A DNA stretch of 62,677 nt, counting the filler. It is 9 parts of 9 records of this genome, joined end to end, with 100 filler letters (N's around TTAATTAATTAA, not from the genome) between each part and the next. Parts side by side here need not be neighbours in the genome. Positions count along the whole stretch, not along the records: positions 48,893 to 57,142 come from SRR15195285_1370; positions 57,243 to 62,677 come from SRR15195285_1373; 7 more parts are not named here. The stretch is one strand, 5' to 3'. Under the pieces are notes generated by a model, which searched no databases, was not told the DNA's origin, and saw only the letters and a program-made list of their open reading frames with translations. Of this stretch, positions 50,233-62,026 are shown piece by piece; positions within the stretch are counted from its first letter, which is position 1; the number at the start of each line of letters is the position of its first letter. The translations under genes were made by a program, and so were the position numbers.

Positions 50233-51963
50233 TCAGTTGCATGTTGGATTGCACAGCTCGCCGCAGTCATCTTGAAACTTGGCCGTTTCGCCAGCAATGA
50301 ATCTCAGAAGACCTTCTTTGTAATTCACCCCGCGAATCTGAATATCATTCGTGAACCGTGTATGTATGAAGCATGCGGGATTGAACACACCCTGCGATAT
50401 GAATGGAGAAAAACGGTCAGTTTGTCCGCTCTTGCTGCTTTGAGCATGTTGCATTGCGGTCCGGAAATTGATGGCTCGGACGTGCGTGGCCGGGAGTGGA
50501 CAGAAATACGCACATCCTTTGATGTTGGTGACATTGCCGACGCAAGACACTTCGTTTGGTTTTCTGCAATCGAGTTGGATGATGTGCCACGAGTGAGCCA
50601 GACCACGTGTGAAATCAGAAAATGAACTGCCTGGGAGGAATCCGCTTGCACGGTACCATGCAGACGCACCGTGGAAGTCATGCAGGTAAGTCTGCGCTGC
50701 CGGAATGCTGCACATCGCGAGTCGGTTGGTCAGTCACTCACTCACTCACTCAGTTCCATATTGCAGCAGGGCAGTGTACCAACCTCTTGTCACGGCACAA
50801 CCAATCATGCCCGTTGAGTACAACCGAATCGCTCTATCAACCACGAACATGTGAAACTGTGAGAAACCATTATCCAAAAAAGCGCTATGGAGCAGCATTC
50901 ACATGGTAATGTACTCGATCAACCAATCAGCCTAACCGCAGTATCTACGATCAGTATCAACCGCACCTGCGCTTCAATGATGTAAAGTGGCGCTTTGACG
51001 GATGTGTACGAGAAACATGGTAGCAAGCATGCGCCTGGGTCCGTGGCGTGTTTGGTAAGACAGTCGCCAGGGGTAACAGCGTTCCACAGCTTGTTGTATG
51101 CGCCACCTGCCATGGCAACCGCGCGAAAGTCTGCAAGACTTGATGACGTGTGGCCTGGGCCCGTGTACGGCCATGCATAGAACTCATATCCTGCGATAGG
51201 AGCTCCGAGGACCTTTGCGCGTGGCAAATACTCCTGCAAAAAATCGACATTCGAGTATACACCGAATCCGCCTGCACTGTTTCCCGAAAGAATCACTTCG
51301 GTCGCCGACTTCAGATCGTGTGTGGCAGAGAGGTAGTCCAGCGTAGCCTTAACGATCCAGCGGCCGGAGAAAAACAACCCGAACGTTTCTGCGGAAGCTG
51401 CCGTGCGCTGGCCCGTCCACAGATCCTGCGAGCAGTACGGCATGTACACGAAGTTGTAGTCGCACAGAGTTGGGTTGCCTGTGCAGGACGCGTCGATGAA
51501 GTGTGTGGTCGAGTCCGCCCAGAACGTGTAGTTGCGCTTGAAGAACTTCGATGAACCTAGTGGGCTTGTTGCTGCCGTCGGCTTGCAGCGCTGCTCCGTG
51601 ACGCACTCGCCGCCACCTTCGAGCGTAAAGATCCACTTCGTGGCAGCGCTCGGGTTCGTCGCAGGTCTCACATACCTGCTCCGATCATTGAGTCTCTGTG
51701 CCAGACGGGTGTGAACTGACTGACGAGATCAAGAGGAGGATCGACTGGGTTAGGACGTACAGGCCACCCTGGGTGCCGTCCATGCATCGAGCCCTGGGGT
51801 CTTGCAGCAGGATCAGCGGCCTCGTCGCGCTGCTGGGCGCTGCGAGTGCAGCAGGTGCAGGTGCAGGTGCAGCGAGAGCGCCGCCCGCGGCCAGTGTGCC
51901 TACTACGAATAAGTGCACGCGGACAGTGGCGGCACGGCAGCAGACCAGCCACGGAGACCGCAT
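50233..51963 (-). CDS. Secreted pectin acetylesterase / Notum-family esterase (multi-exon)
   Basis: Hydrophobic N-terminus; ARCMDGTQGG-LYVRP, WIFTLEGGGEC, NFVYMPYCSQDLWTG, nucleophile motif GNSAGG, FNPACFIHT, C-terminal DDCGELCNPTC. Confidence 0.88.
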
Positions 51964-52965
51964 CGATGTCGATCCGACGGTCGACCCCGGGCGGACAGCG
52001 AGTGCTGCCAAGCGAAAGCAAAATGCTGCGTGGCTCTGCAGCCAGCTGCAGTGACCGGCGCCGGAGCCACGCGCCGGTGGAGCCTGCATGCATGCGTACT
52101 TCCGTATGTACCGTATCGACGGTACCAGTACGTGCGTGAGGCCCCGCGCGCGCAGACGATACGGGGCTTCCGAGCGCCGGAATGTGACACTGAAAACTGA
52201 AAAATGGGGGGCAATCAACCAGCACGCAGCAGTGACTTCACACTTCAGACTTGATGAACAAGGAACCGACATCGAACAACATCAGAAACCCCGATTCGAT
52301 CATCTGACGTTGCGCGACACAAGCACTCCCAATAACTCGTTCTTCTGAGTTCTGAGCATGAATGAGAATCGACCTGGATAGTGCTTAGTGGATTCCCGAT
52401 TAGTACCAGTTTTGTAAGGACGGTGCCGACGGTGCCGAAAAAGACCACCGACGGTGCCGGCAGGAGGTCGTGCAGGCCGACGTGGAGCTCCTTCGCTGCT
52501 CGTTTGGACGTTTGCGGCGTCTCCAGCGGTCTGTTGGCGCTTCGATTCGTCGGCGGGCTGTGGCCGTTCCGGTGCTTGAAGACGGGGACGGGGTTCGGAA
52601 ACGGGAGCTGCTGTAGAGCTCCTGCGTCGCTCGTGCGCAGCTCTGCCGTTTCTTATCGGTGCCGAAGACGCCTTCGTGAAAGAGCGATCTTTTGCACCGT
52701 CCGTCGCTGTAGAGAGTAGTGAACACGGAGCAGATCTGATACACATACAGCAGCTTCACCGGAGGGGCACTGGAGAAGCAAAGAAACTGCGACAGAGCTG
52801 CAACTGCACGCAAAGGAGCGGCAACAGAGCTGCGCACGCTTCGGCGCCGTCTTCGGCACAGGAACGGCAACACCGCGGCGACGAAGCGGCGACACACGCT
52901 GACGCCACAGAGCGCGGATACGGCGGTACGGATCAACTGGGCACGTCGTGTACAGCTTCGTTGTT

Positions 52966-55158
52966 ATGATCTACCGCCTAGACTCGCAAGCGTTTCACAC
53001 GGAGCGAGGCGACGGGCAGCAGCCGAGCTCGACCGCACCGGCTGCCGCTGCTCACAGCCCGGCAGCGCTTGCGTCCGCGGCGGCGGAGGTCGGCGACGAG
53101 GAGACGATCGCTGCGTTTCTGCGCAGCGCAGCCCATGATCCGGACACGCGGAATCCGCAGACCGGGCACACACTGCTTTGGACTGCGGCGCTGGGAGGCC
53201 ATGCAGGTGTTGTGCGCTTGTTGGCTGTTGCTGGAGCAAACTACACCTCCTGCTACTTCAACATTGACGATCCGTTCACCGGGACAACGGTCTGGCGACA
53301 GTGCTCGCCATTGTGGCTCTCAGTTCACTGTGGTCACACTGCCGTCACCAAGCTCTTGCTGGACCTCGGCGCAGACCCTTGCCATACCAACCAGCCTTTC
53401 CGTATGGCGGAATGCCACGGAGGACGAGAGAGCCGCGCCCGGACACCGCTCTTTCACGCATGCTGTATCGGGAACCTCGAAGCGGTGTCGCTCTTAGCTG
53501 GCCTGGTCGACATCAATGCCACGAACGCGCACGACGGGCTCAGTGCGTTCTGGGCCAGCGCATGCATGGGACACGAGCCTATCTGTCGGTTGCTTTATGC
53601 AGCCGGCGCCGATCCGTACTCGACTCCGCATCGGTCCACACACGCTGCTCATGTCGGGGCTTCGAGCTTGTGGGTGGCATGCGAGCAAGGTCGCACTGAA
53701 GTCGTTGAGCTGCTCGCTTCACTCGGCCTGCACGACGAGGAGGCAGAACGCTTGGAAAACCATCCACGTGGGACTGCAGAAGACGCTGCCCGGTGCAATA
53801 GTCATGGTGATATCCTTGCCTATCTGAAACTGCTGCGAGAGGTAGAGCCGACGAAGTCGCTCTGTGGTGAGCACAATTGCCTACGTTTGCATCGGCTTCT
53901 TGTCCCTCGCGCTGAAGACGAGATCTACTAACGTATCTCGTTGCCCACGTGTGTCACAGCTGCACATCAACGTTTATCATTGGCAAAGTTCATGAATCCT
54001 AGATTGGGCTCTGAAGCCTCCAGCAGGGTCTACTCGCTGCCTCCGGATCTCATTGAGATGGTCTCGCACGTCCTGCTGCGTGGTGGCTGGTGTCCTGGTG
54101 GTGGACTCGTGCGTCGAACGATAGCTCTTCGTGTAGAAGCCGAGAATCGCGCTGATGGTTTTAACGTGGCTCGGAGCCGAGCGGCTGTGTCACGGACAGT
54201 TGCCGCCGCAGCACAGTCGAAAGCAGACGTGGCTGCCGCCGAGCTGGCACGGTGCGAAGACGAGGCGACCCTAGCAGCAGCTAGTGTGGCGCAGTGCACA
54301 GTGATGGCTACATCAGCTCTGCAGTTGCTAGAGCAGGCACGACAGCCGGCTCTCAAGCTGGTCGAGGCATTGGCTACCTCGAAGCGGCTCAAGGCCGAAG
54401 CTACTGCGGTCACAAAGTCGTGCGGAGACCTTGCAGCGAGATCGATTACCGCAGAGTCGTCACCATCAATGGAGGCAAAAGTTCAAGTAGCAGTCGAGCA
54501 AGTGGCTTCCGCGCAGACGGCTGCAGCAACTGCGGTGGCGCGTGCCACAGATATGGCAAAGGAAGCCCGTATCGCAGAGCCACAACTGCGCCAGGCAGAA
54601 CGTGCAGCTCAAGTGGCTGTTGCAGACGCTGCTTCAGCATCTGACCACCTCGTGGCGAGCAAGCAGTGGCTACAAAAGCTGCGACAGCCAATGGTGCAAG
54701 CGCTAGAGGCTCAGGCGGCCACTGCAGCTGCAGAGCTTGCTGCTATCGAAGCTGAGCGCTCTCTTCAGATCTGTACCTCTGGTGCAGCCGCAGCGAGACA
54801 GGCAGAAATCGTCGAGTACATCGCCACTCGATCACGTGTGGTACGCAAGGAGAGTCGTGCTGAACTGGCTATTGCCGAACGTGACATGGAAACTGCAGGC
54901 TGGCTACCGATTGATGATGAACAAGGCATGTACTACTACAATGCGCGAACGCGACGTCGGACTCGAGCGGAACCACAGGCCCTCCGAGAGGTATGCAAGG
55001 TAAGGGAGTCTGTGCTGATGCGGCAGAAAGCCAATCTGAAGAACATCTTGCCAGAAATTGGGCTGGAAAAACTTTGCCAAGTCGTAGCAGACTGCAGCAA
55101 TGCCCAGAAGAGGCACTTCAGCCCCAGCTACAGCGAGATGCTGTTGAAGCGTCGATAA
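52966..55158 (+). CDS. Ankyrin-repeat protein with F-box/SOCS-box-like motif, Ala-rich coiled coil and degenerate WW domain (3' end uncertain, possibly to 55451)
   Basis: About 6 ankyrin repeats (GHTLLWTAALGGH, SPLWLSVHCGH, TPLFHACCIGN, SAFWASACMGH, SSLWVACEQGR). A gtgagc...TACTAAC...cacag intron joins ORF 52948-53931 to ORF 53941-55158 in frame; WW-like GWLPIDDEQGMYYYNART. Confidence 0.75.
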
Positions 55159-55826
55159 CAACGCTTCGGCGTATAGATCAACGCAATGTTCGACCGCAAG
55201 AAGAGGATACTTCCTCGTCGGAAGAGCTGGAAGATTCGCCACCAGGTACACCACCTTCCGAGAGCAGACAGTCGTCGACATCATCCACTTCTCCGGCGTG
55301 GGTAGGGGGCTTCTTAGGTGTCTTGTGGGACGGTCCGTTGCCTCCACTGTTTGTGCGTCATTCAGTGTTGCAGCAGACAACACACGCCGATGCTCCTGCA
55401 GACGAAGCTCAGGTTCGACTCGGTCCGCGGATGTCGTGGTGGGTGGAATGACAATTGACATGTCATATGATATGACATGACATTTGGATTACACATGAAG
55501 GCGCCACCAGCTCCACCCTCCACATATGACTGCGGGGATTGTCAGCCAGGATTCAATACAACTCAGCGATTCATGGAACGCAGAACTGATGCGACTGCTG
55601 AAGAATGTATTTGCCAGGGATTTCTGACTGGGGGCTCTCGGTGACCGGCGGAGCGCTTCAAAAAGTGGCTTCGTAACGCGTAACCGCCCGGTAGCGCTGT
55701 ACTGCCTGTTATCGCTCCCTATCTGGCACAGCCGTAAGTTCAGCACATCGCCCAGGACCCATGGGCTCTCGGCTCGTCAAGCGCACGGGCTCGCGCTGCG
55801 CTGGCCCACCTCGGGCTATCGCGCTA

Positions 55827-56217
55827 TGGGGTGTGGGGGGTGTGCGTACGTCGCTAGGTGTGCCCCTCCACAATGCGTGGAGGGGGGGCCGAGGACTGCG
55901 CTTGGGGAGGGGCGTGGGTTTAGGATGTTGCGTGGAGAGGAAGCTCGCGGCAGCGCCCTCGGAGAGCCTGCGGAGCAGCCCGCAGCGCGCGCCCCCTGGA
56001 GGGCTCCCGGAGGGCCCCCGGAGGGCCCCCGGGAGGGCCCCCGGAGGGCCCCCGGAGGGCCCCCGGAGGGCGGGGGGTCGAAGGGGGGCAGCGCCCCCCT
56101 TCAACAACGGAGGGGTGCCCACTCGCGTTCGAGCATCCAGAGCACAGAGAGAGAAGTAAGTAAAGCATCTCTCTATCTATCTCTTTGTGCCACAGATGGA
56201 GAGAGAAGTAAGTAAAG
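55827..56217. mobile_element. Possible non-autonomous transposon remnant
   Basis: GC-rich block with hairpins, a minisatellite and two copies of a 19-bp GAGAGAGAAGTAAGTAAAG tail; no coding signature or TSD seen. Confidence 0.3.
55991..56071. repeat. Tandem 11-bp minisatellite (GGAGGGCCCCC), about 6.5 copies
   Basis: Units at 55998, 56009, 56020, 56032, 56043, 56054 and a partial copy at 56065. Confidence 0.9.
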
Positions 56218-56229
56218 TACACCCTTGCA

Positions 56230-57142
56230 TTAGGACCTGCGTAGACACTTGCTGTAGGAGTTGATCACCTCCCGTTCGTCAGCGTTCATCAGCGCTCCCC
56301 CTTCTTCGACTTCTTCTTTGGTTTCTTCTTCGCCTCCTTCATCCGCTTCATCATCCTTCAGCATCGTCGCTGTACTCGTTGAGTTCGTCTCCGGCCTGTT
56401 CTTCCTTTGGAGATCGGCAGCGACTGAGAGCCAGCCAGCTGGCCAGCAAGCTACAAGCAGCGCACGTCAAAAACGAACAGCTGGCAGTGGCCACAGCAGC
56501 GGCTCGGGCAAAAAGCGGGTCGCTGCTTACACCGTCGGTACTAGGTCAACGTATGGAATGGCTCGAGTGTCTTGCGAGTGATCTGCGAGGAGGTGATCTG
56601 ATAAGACACCCACATCAAAGCGAGTGTGGCAAGCAAGGTCGTCCTTCGCATAATGGTGGTGGTAGCAGCTTACCCACCACGTGCGGCTCGCACGCCCTGT
56701 GTCACGTGGACTAGTTGGGGCTTGTCGCATGCTCCAACAAATCTACGTAACTATGTGCTATGAATGCATCGCTCTATGAATGCATCGCTCACGTCGTTTG
56801 CTATGAATGCACAAAGACATACATTCCAATCAAAGGTTTACCGCCTGAGGCACAGAGAGATCGCGCAACTGGAAAGCGCTCGCTTTTGGTTTCGACGGTG
56901 CGGGCGCGATGGCAGCCAGCGATTTGCTCGGCGTCCCCTCCTTCCCACCCATCAGTAAGCCCACGGCAGCCGTAGCATTTGCCTTGCTGCTTTCCGTGCC
57001 GAGTGAATCGAACTTGTCGCCACCCGGAAGTGTGAGCTGCTCGGTAACCTTTTTGCCCATGGCACCGACGACGTACTTGGCCTGTGTGGCCTTTCCCCAG
57101 TGTCGTTTCACACCATCAAGTTTCCCCTTCACACGAGCAGTT
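56230..57142 (-). CDS. 3' fragment of a hypothetical multi-exon protein
   Basis: Open frame from the contig edge (KGKLDGVKRHWGKATQAKYVVG...), putative GT-AG introns, and an acidic last exon ending at TAA 56232-56230; frame not certain. Confidence 0.35.
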
Positions 57143-57242
57143 NNNNNNNNNNNNNNNNNNNNNNNNNNNNNNNNNNNNNNNNNNNNTTAATTAATTAANN
57201 NNNNNNNNNNNNNNNNNNNNNNNNNNNNNNNNNNNNNNNNNN
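57143..57242. other. Artificial contig-concatenation linker 8
   Basis: 44 N + TTAATTAATTAA + 44 N. Confidence 0.97.
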
Positions 57243-60200
57243 GCTAGCTCAGCTACAAGTCCATCAAACGAAAGCCGACCAGGTCGTTCGATCTCTTCTG
57301 CCACTTCAGCCTCTTCAGGTCCTTTTGTGGCCTCCGGAACAGGTGCTGACTTTGCGTTGCCTCCCAGCTCTGCAGCGACTCGTTCGTCATCTTCAGCTTT
57401 CTTTGCAGTCTTTGCGGTCTTGGCAGCCTTGGCGGCCCTGGCAGCCTCAGCAGCCTTCGCAACCTGGGAGGCCCGTACGTCCTCTCTTGCTTGCTGTGAT
57501 CGTTGCGCCGTTGTGTCTGCTTTCGCTGCTGCCCTTTCTAGCACAAGAGCTTGATGTGTTCGTTCAGCTGCTTCACGCTCTGCTCTGAGGCGCTTGATTG
57601 CAGCGGTCTTATCCACAGCTGATATGTCCAAACTATTTGAGTTGGCAGCCGCGCGCCGCCTAACCGTACTCTTCTGAAGCAACAAACGCGTAACATCTGA
57701 AGGCTTTTTGCCGCTCTTCGCCTTCGAATGCGAGCTCTTCTCTTTTGCTAAATGTACGGCTATGGCTTTATGCTCCTTTGCTTGCATTGCCTGAGCTTTC
57801 GTCGCATCTGCTTCTTTTCTCCTGTCTGCTGCAAACTGAGCCATGCGTTCTCTCTTTGCCTGCACCGGAGACTCTTGACATTGCATGCTCTGGACATTTG
57901 CGTCATCGGAGTCGCCCTTTTTGTGCAGTCGTTTCTGAAACCGCTCCTTTGCTGCTTTCCGGTCTTTGCGATCCTGTTTTTTCTGAGCCTTCTTAGCAGC
58001 CTTTTCGCGTGCTTTCTGGCGTTGCCTTTCCTCGTGTTCTGCTTCTGCTGTTGCAGCCCGCTCGGCATACATTTTCTTCCGCTGCTCTGTCCACAAGGTC
58101 GCCTCTGCAATGCTTTCCGCTATGGCAGTCGACTTCGACGTCTCCAACTTGATTTCGTCACCATCACGCAACCTGATTGTAAGTGACGTTTTCAGATCAT
58201 GCCAAGATAGCATGCTAGTATACAGCACATCCTCTGCTGTTTCACCGTCCATCTCAAGATGCAAGGCATCCTCCCGGACAAAACAAGCGCCTGCTGAAGA
58301 ATCGCGCCGGACCTCGTGCTTCACCACCGCTTTGATTGCAACAGCCAGATCCCGGGCAATGATTGGCGCGTCGGAAGAAACAAACTGCATCTCCGGCAAG
58401 CCCTTCACCGAAATCGTGAGGGAGTTGCCGTTTTGGTCATTCCACTTCTGAAAGTTGAGCAACGGTTGCTCCTCAGCTTTTCCGATATGACCTGATATTG
58501 TAGGGTACGGCTCGAGACGCATAGCACCTCCCGTGATGCGAAGCGTTAAAGGTACTCCATTCCGTCTGACTTCAAAAACGCCCCGCTCGGGAGTCTTGGG
58601 CAACGAATCCTCAGAGCCTACAACCGACTCCTCATCACTAATGGTAGATACCGAGACAACCTCATCTTCCGCATCACCCACGTGCTGTGGCGTGCGTTCT
58701 GAGCAATTCGGCGATGTCGCTGGTATAGCGTCACGCGGCTCAGATCTCGGCGCCAGAGGCTGTGTCGGCGTTGCACTTGGCACTGGAGTTCTGCTACCTG
58801 TCGGGATCCGGTGCCCAATAGCTGGCATATGGGCAACCGTGCGAGCTGGTGTTCTGGACGGCGAATCGTGTCTTGCGGATGTGCGGAAGGACGAAGAACC
58901 TGCGAAGCTAGCATTCGTTTGGCTGGTAGACCGAATCAGAGCATGCACTTGTTGTGTAGCTGCCTCGACTTCAGCGGCACGCTCTTCCATTTGCTTCCGC
59001 TCTATCATCACCTGTTCGTTCTGCGCCTGCGCTTCGATTGCATCCATCTGTACGCGCCTGGCTTGATCCTGTTGGCGTAGTGCCTCAGCCTGTGCTTCTG
59101 CAACTTCCTTCCTCGCATGCTCTCGGGCTCGCTCAGCATTTTCGCGTGCCTCCTTCGCTTCCAGATACTCTGAGCTGGCCAACACCGTGCTTTGGACTTG
59201 CTGACGAATCGAGATTTCACGATCCCACACATTCGGGTTTGTTAGCTCTACTGGTGGAGAGCTAGAACGCGAGCGGACGGCATCGCCGATCAGTGGATCC
59301 ACTGGAGCTAATCGTGGCGACATAAACGGCTGCCGCCCAAATGTGTTCTGGCCGCTCCAGTCAAGTGACGAAAGATTGCCTGTATCGTCAGGCAGATCTG
59401 TCGTCTGCGGCAGGCGTGATGTGTCTGCGGGTGTCCAGGGGGCCGAGCTGATCCCAAGGGACGCACGGACCTTCGTCAAAGCCTCAGTTGCCTGTTTTTC
59501 GCGCCATTCGATCACCTCTTGCTCGGTTTGGAGTGCCTCCACCCTCTCTTCCGTCTGTGCCAGACTCTGACTCAGCGAGTCAAGCTGGCGAGCGTCGTAC
59601 TCGGCTTGCAGTTTCGCATCCTCTATGGCTTCCTTTGCCGCGTCCTCGGCCGCGAGTCTAAGCTCATCAGCGGCCTCCTTGCCTGCTTCAGCAGCCTCTC
59701 TGGATGCACGTTCTGCTGCTAGTTCTGCCAGCGCAACCTGGAGCTCAGCCTGCAAAGCGTCCACAACTACTTCCTGCTCACTACGCACTGTCTCGGCGGC
59801 TACAGTAGCGTCGGCATGCGCCCTATCCATCTCTTTTGAGTGGTCAGCTTTGCAGCGCTTGAATGCCTTCTTAAACGCCCTCAGCTGTGTTTCGGCGTGC
59901 ACTCTAGCCTTCCGCTCGGCTTCAACCTTCATCGCCTCGTCATCCTGCACTCGCTTGACTTCCTCAGACGCTGTCTGCAAAATTCGCGTCACTTCCGCGA
60001 CCTTCTTGTCTTCCGCTTCGTCGCGTGCAGCGTAAGCGGTGTCCCTGTCCGCCACAGCTTTGTCCCTCTCAGCCGAAGCCTTCTTTTCTCCAGCTTGCAT
60101 TTCCTGCAGTTGCCATTTGAGCTCATCCATGTCCTGTCGCAACTCTGCTCGCATTTCATCGCGCCCCTGGCTCAACCCAGTGCGGCGCCCATCTTCCCTT

Positions 60201-62026
60201 GCTTTCTCGAGTTTGCTCCCGAACTCTCGCTCTAGCCGGTGACCCTTTTGCTTCTCATGTTCAACGTCCTCTTTCAGCGACTGCTCCGCGCTTTCCAGCA
60301 CCCGTACTCGTTCAAGGGCCCTCTGTAGTTCGTCGCGCTCTCTGACTAACCGTTTACGTTCACGCTCCTCGGCCTCGTGTGCCGCGTCAAGCTTGGCTTG
60401 CATTTTTGCTTTTTCATCGCGAGTTTTCTGCTTTGCGGCCTCCAACTCAGCCAACAGGCCGCGTGCGGCCCCAGAGGCACCAGGAAGCTCATCGTCTGCA
60501 CCTACCCCTTCGGCTGTATTCCTGAAATCCGACAACAACTGGCTGAAGTCCAACGTTTGTGCTTCCTCAGCTTCACGTGCTGCCTGGCGCCTGGCTTCCT
60601 CCTTGGCCACGGCTTGTCTCTCTATGTCGAGTCGACGCTGCTCGGCCTTTGCTGCCTCGAGACGTGCGGCTGCCTCTTCCGCTTCCTTTTGCTTGCGGGC
60701 TGCGGCTTCTGCGGCCTCCTTTTGCTTACGACTTGCAGCCTCTTCGGCCTCTTTTTGCTTGCGGGCTGATGCGGCCTTTTCTGCTGCGCGAGCTGCTGCT
60801 GCTTTCTCCGCGGCTGCAGCTGCTTTCCTGCGCGCAGTGTCCCTTCTGTCTTCCTCGTCCGTTCGAGCACGTGCTGCTGCCGCCTCACTTTCGGCTTCTT
60901 CACGCTCAGAGTCCTCTGATGGCTGCCTCCGCACAGATGTGACTGCTTTCGTTTCTTGTTCCCTCCTCGCCGCCTCTTGGCGCTCCTCTTCCCTGGCCTT
61001 CCGGGCTGCGGCTCGCTCAGCCCTTTGAACGGCTTCCTTGGCAAGTCGCTCTTCTCTCTCCTGCTGCCGCTTGGCGGCTGCCGCTTTTCGCTTCTCTTCG
61101 TCTGCTCGCAGCTTCTCAGCGATTGCCTCAGCCCGAGCGGCTGCCTCGCGCTCTCTCTCAGCCCTTTTGATTCGCTGCGCTTCCTCTGCTTCGCGCTGAA
61201 CCAGCGCGGCAGCTTCGATTGCCTGTCGTTCAGCCTCCGCCTCTAAGGCGGCTTCCCCATCAGTGTCGGAGTCGGAGTCGGAGTCGGAGTCGGAGTCCCC
61301 GCCTGAGCCTTCATTTGTGTCTTCGTCTGACTCTGAGTCTGACTCTGACTCTGCCGCTTCGCTCGTCGCCGCAGGTATTGCTGCATACTGTCGCTGGCGT
61401 TCCTCCAGGATAGCGCTGCAACCGCTGGCGATTGTGTCGAACACAGCGCGTCCAAGGATCAAGCAGCGCGCACCCTCCGCACCAGAGCGAACGGTGGCCT
61501 GGCGCGGCTGGTCGGTCAGCAAAGCCACCTCTCCGAAAAAGTCTCCGCGCGAGTACAGAGCCACCACGGAGCCTTTCACCTCCGCCTGCGCGTCGCCCTC
61601 CTCCAAAAAGTACATGGCCACGCCCTCATCCCCTTGCTGAATGATGGGTACGTGCGGATCAAACTCCTGGGCGTCCATCACGTCAGCGATCTTTGCGCGC
61701 TGACTGTCGTCGAGATGCTGCAGCAGTGGCACTGTGTCGAGCAGCAGCTGCACCGCCGCTTCGCCGACACACAGCGGCTTGCCGGACTTCGCAGTCAGGC
61801 TCACCCACCCGCGCTCCATCCTGAACCGCCTCTGCCCGTCGGGCATGGTGAGCTCCTCGAGCACCTCGAACACCTCACCCTCCAAGAGGTTCCCGACCTT
61901 CGCCGATTGCGCGTCCGCCCCGGCGCGGATCACGCCCTTCTTGAGGGAGCGGTATGTCGTCGAGGCCTCTGCGAGCGAGTCCATCATCGACTCGTCCTCC
62001 GGCCCCGACGAGGAGCCGTCAGACAT
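57243..62026 (-). CDS. Large protein: SH3b-like domain + cyclic-nucleotide-binding domain + long coiled coil + tandem PH/PTB-like domains (3' truncated)
   Basis: Likely start MSDGSSSGPEDE at 62026; cNMP motifs IIQQGDEG..MYFLEEG and GDFFGEVALLTDQPRQATV; SD dipeptide tract; E/A/K/R-rich helices; uninterrupted ORF running into the gap. Confidence 0.82.

Noticed and set aside
56147-56217. CRISPR-like repeat-spacer-repeat (19-bp repeats, 33-bp spacer); likewise 1-58
   Set aside because: Only two short repeats each, no cas genes, eukaryotic context
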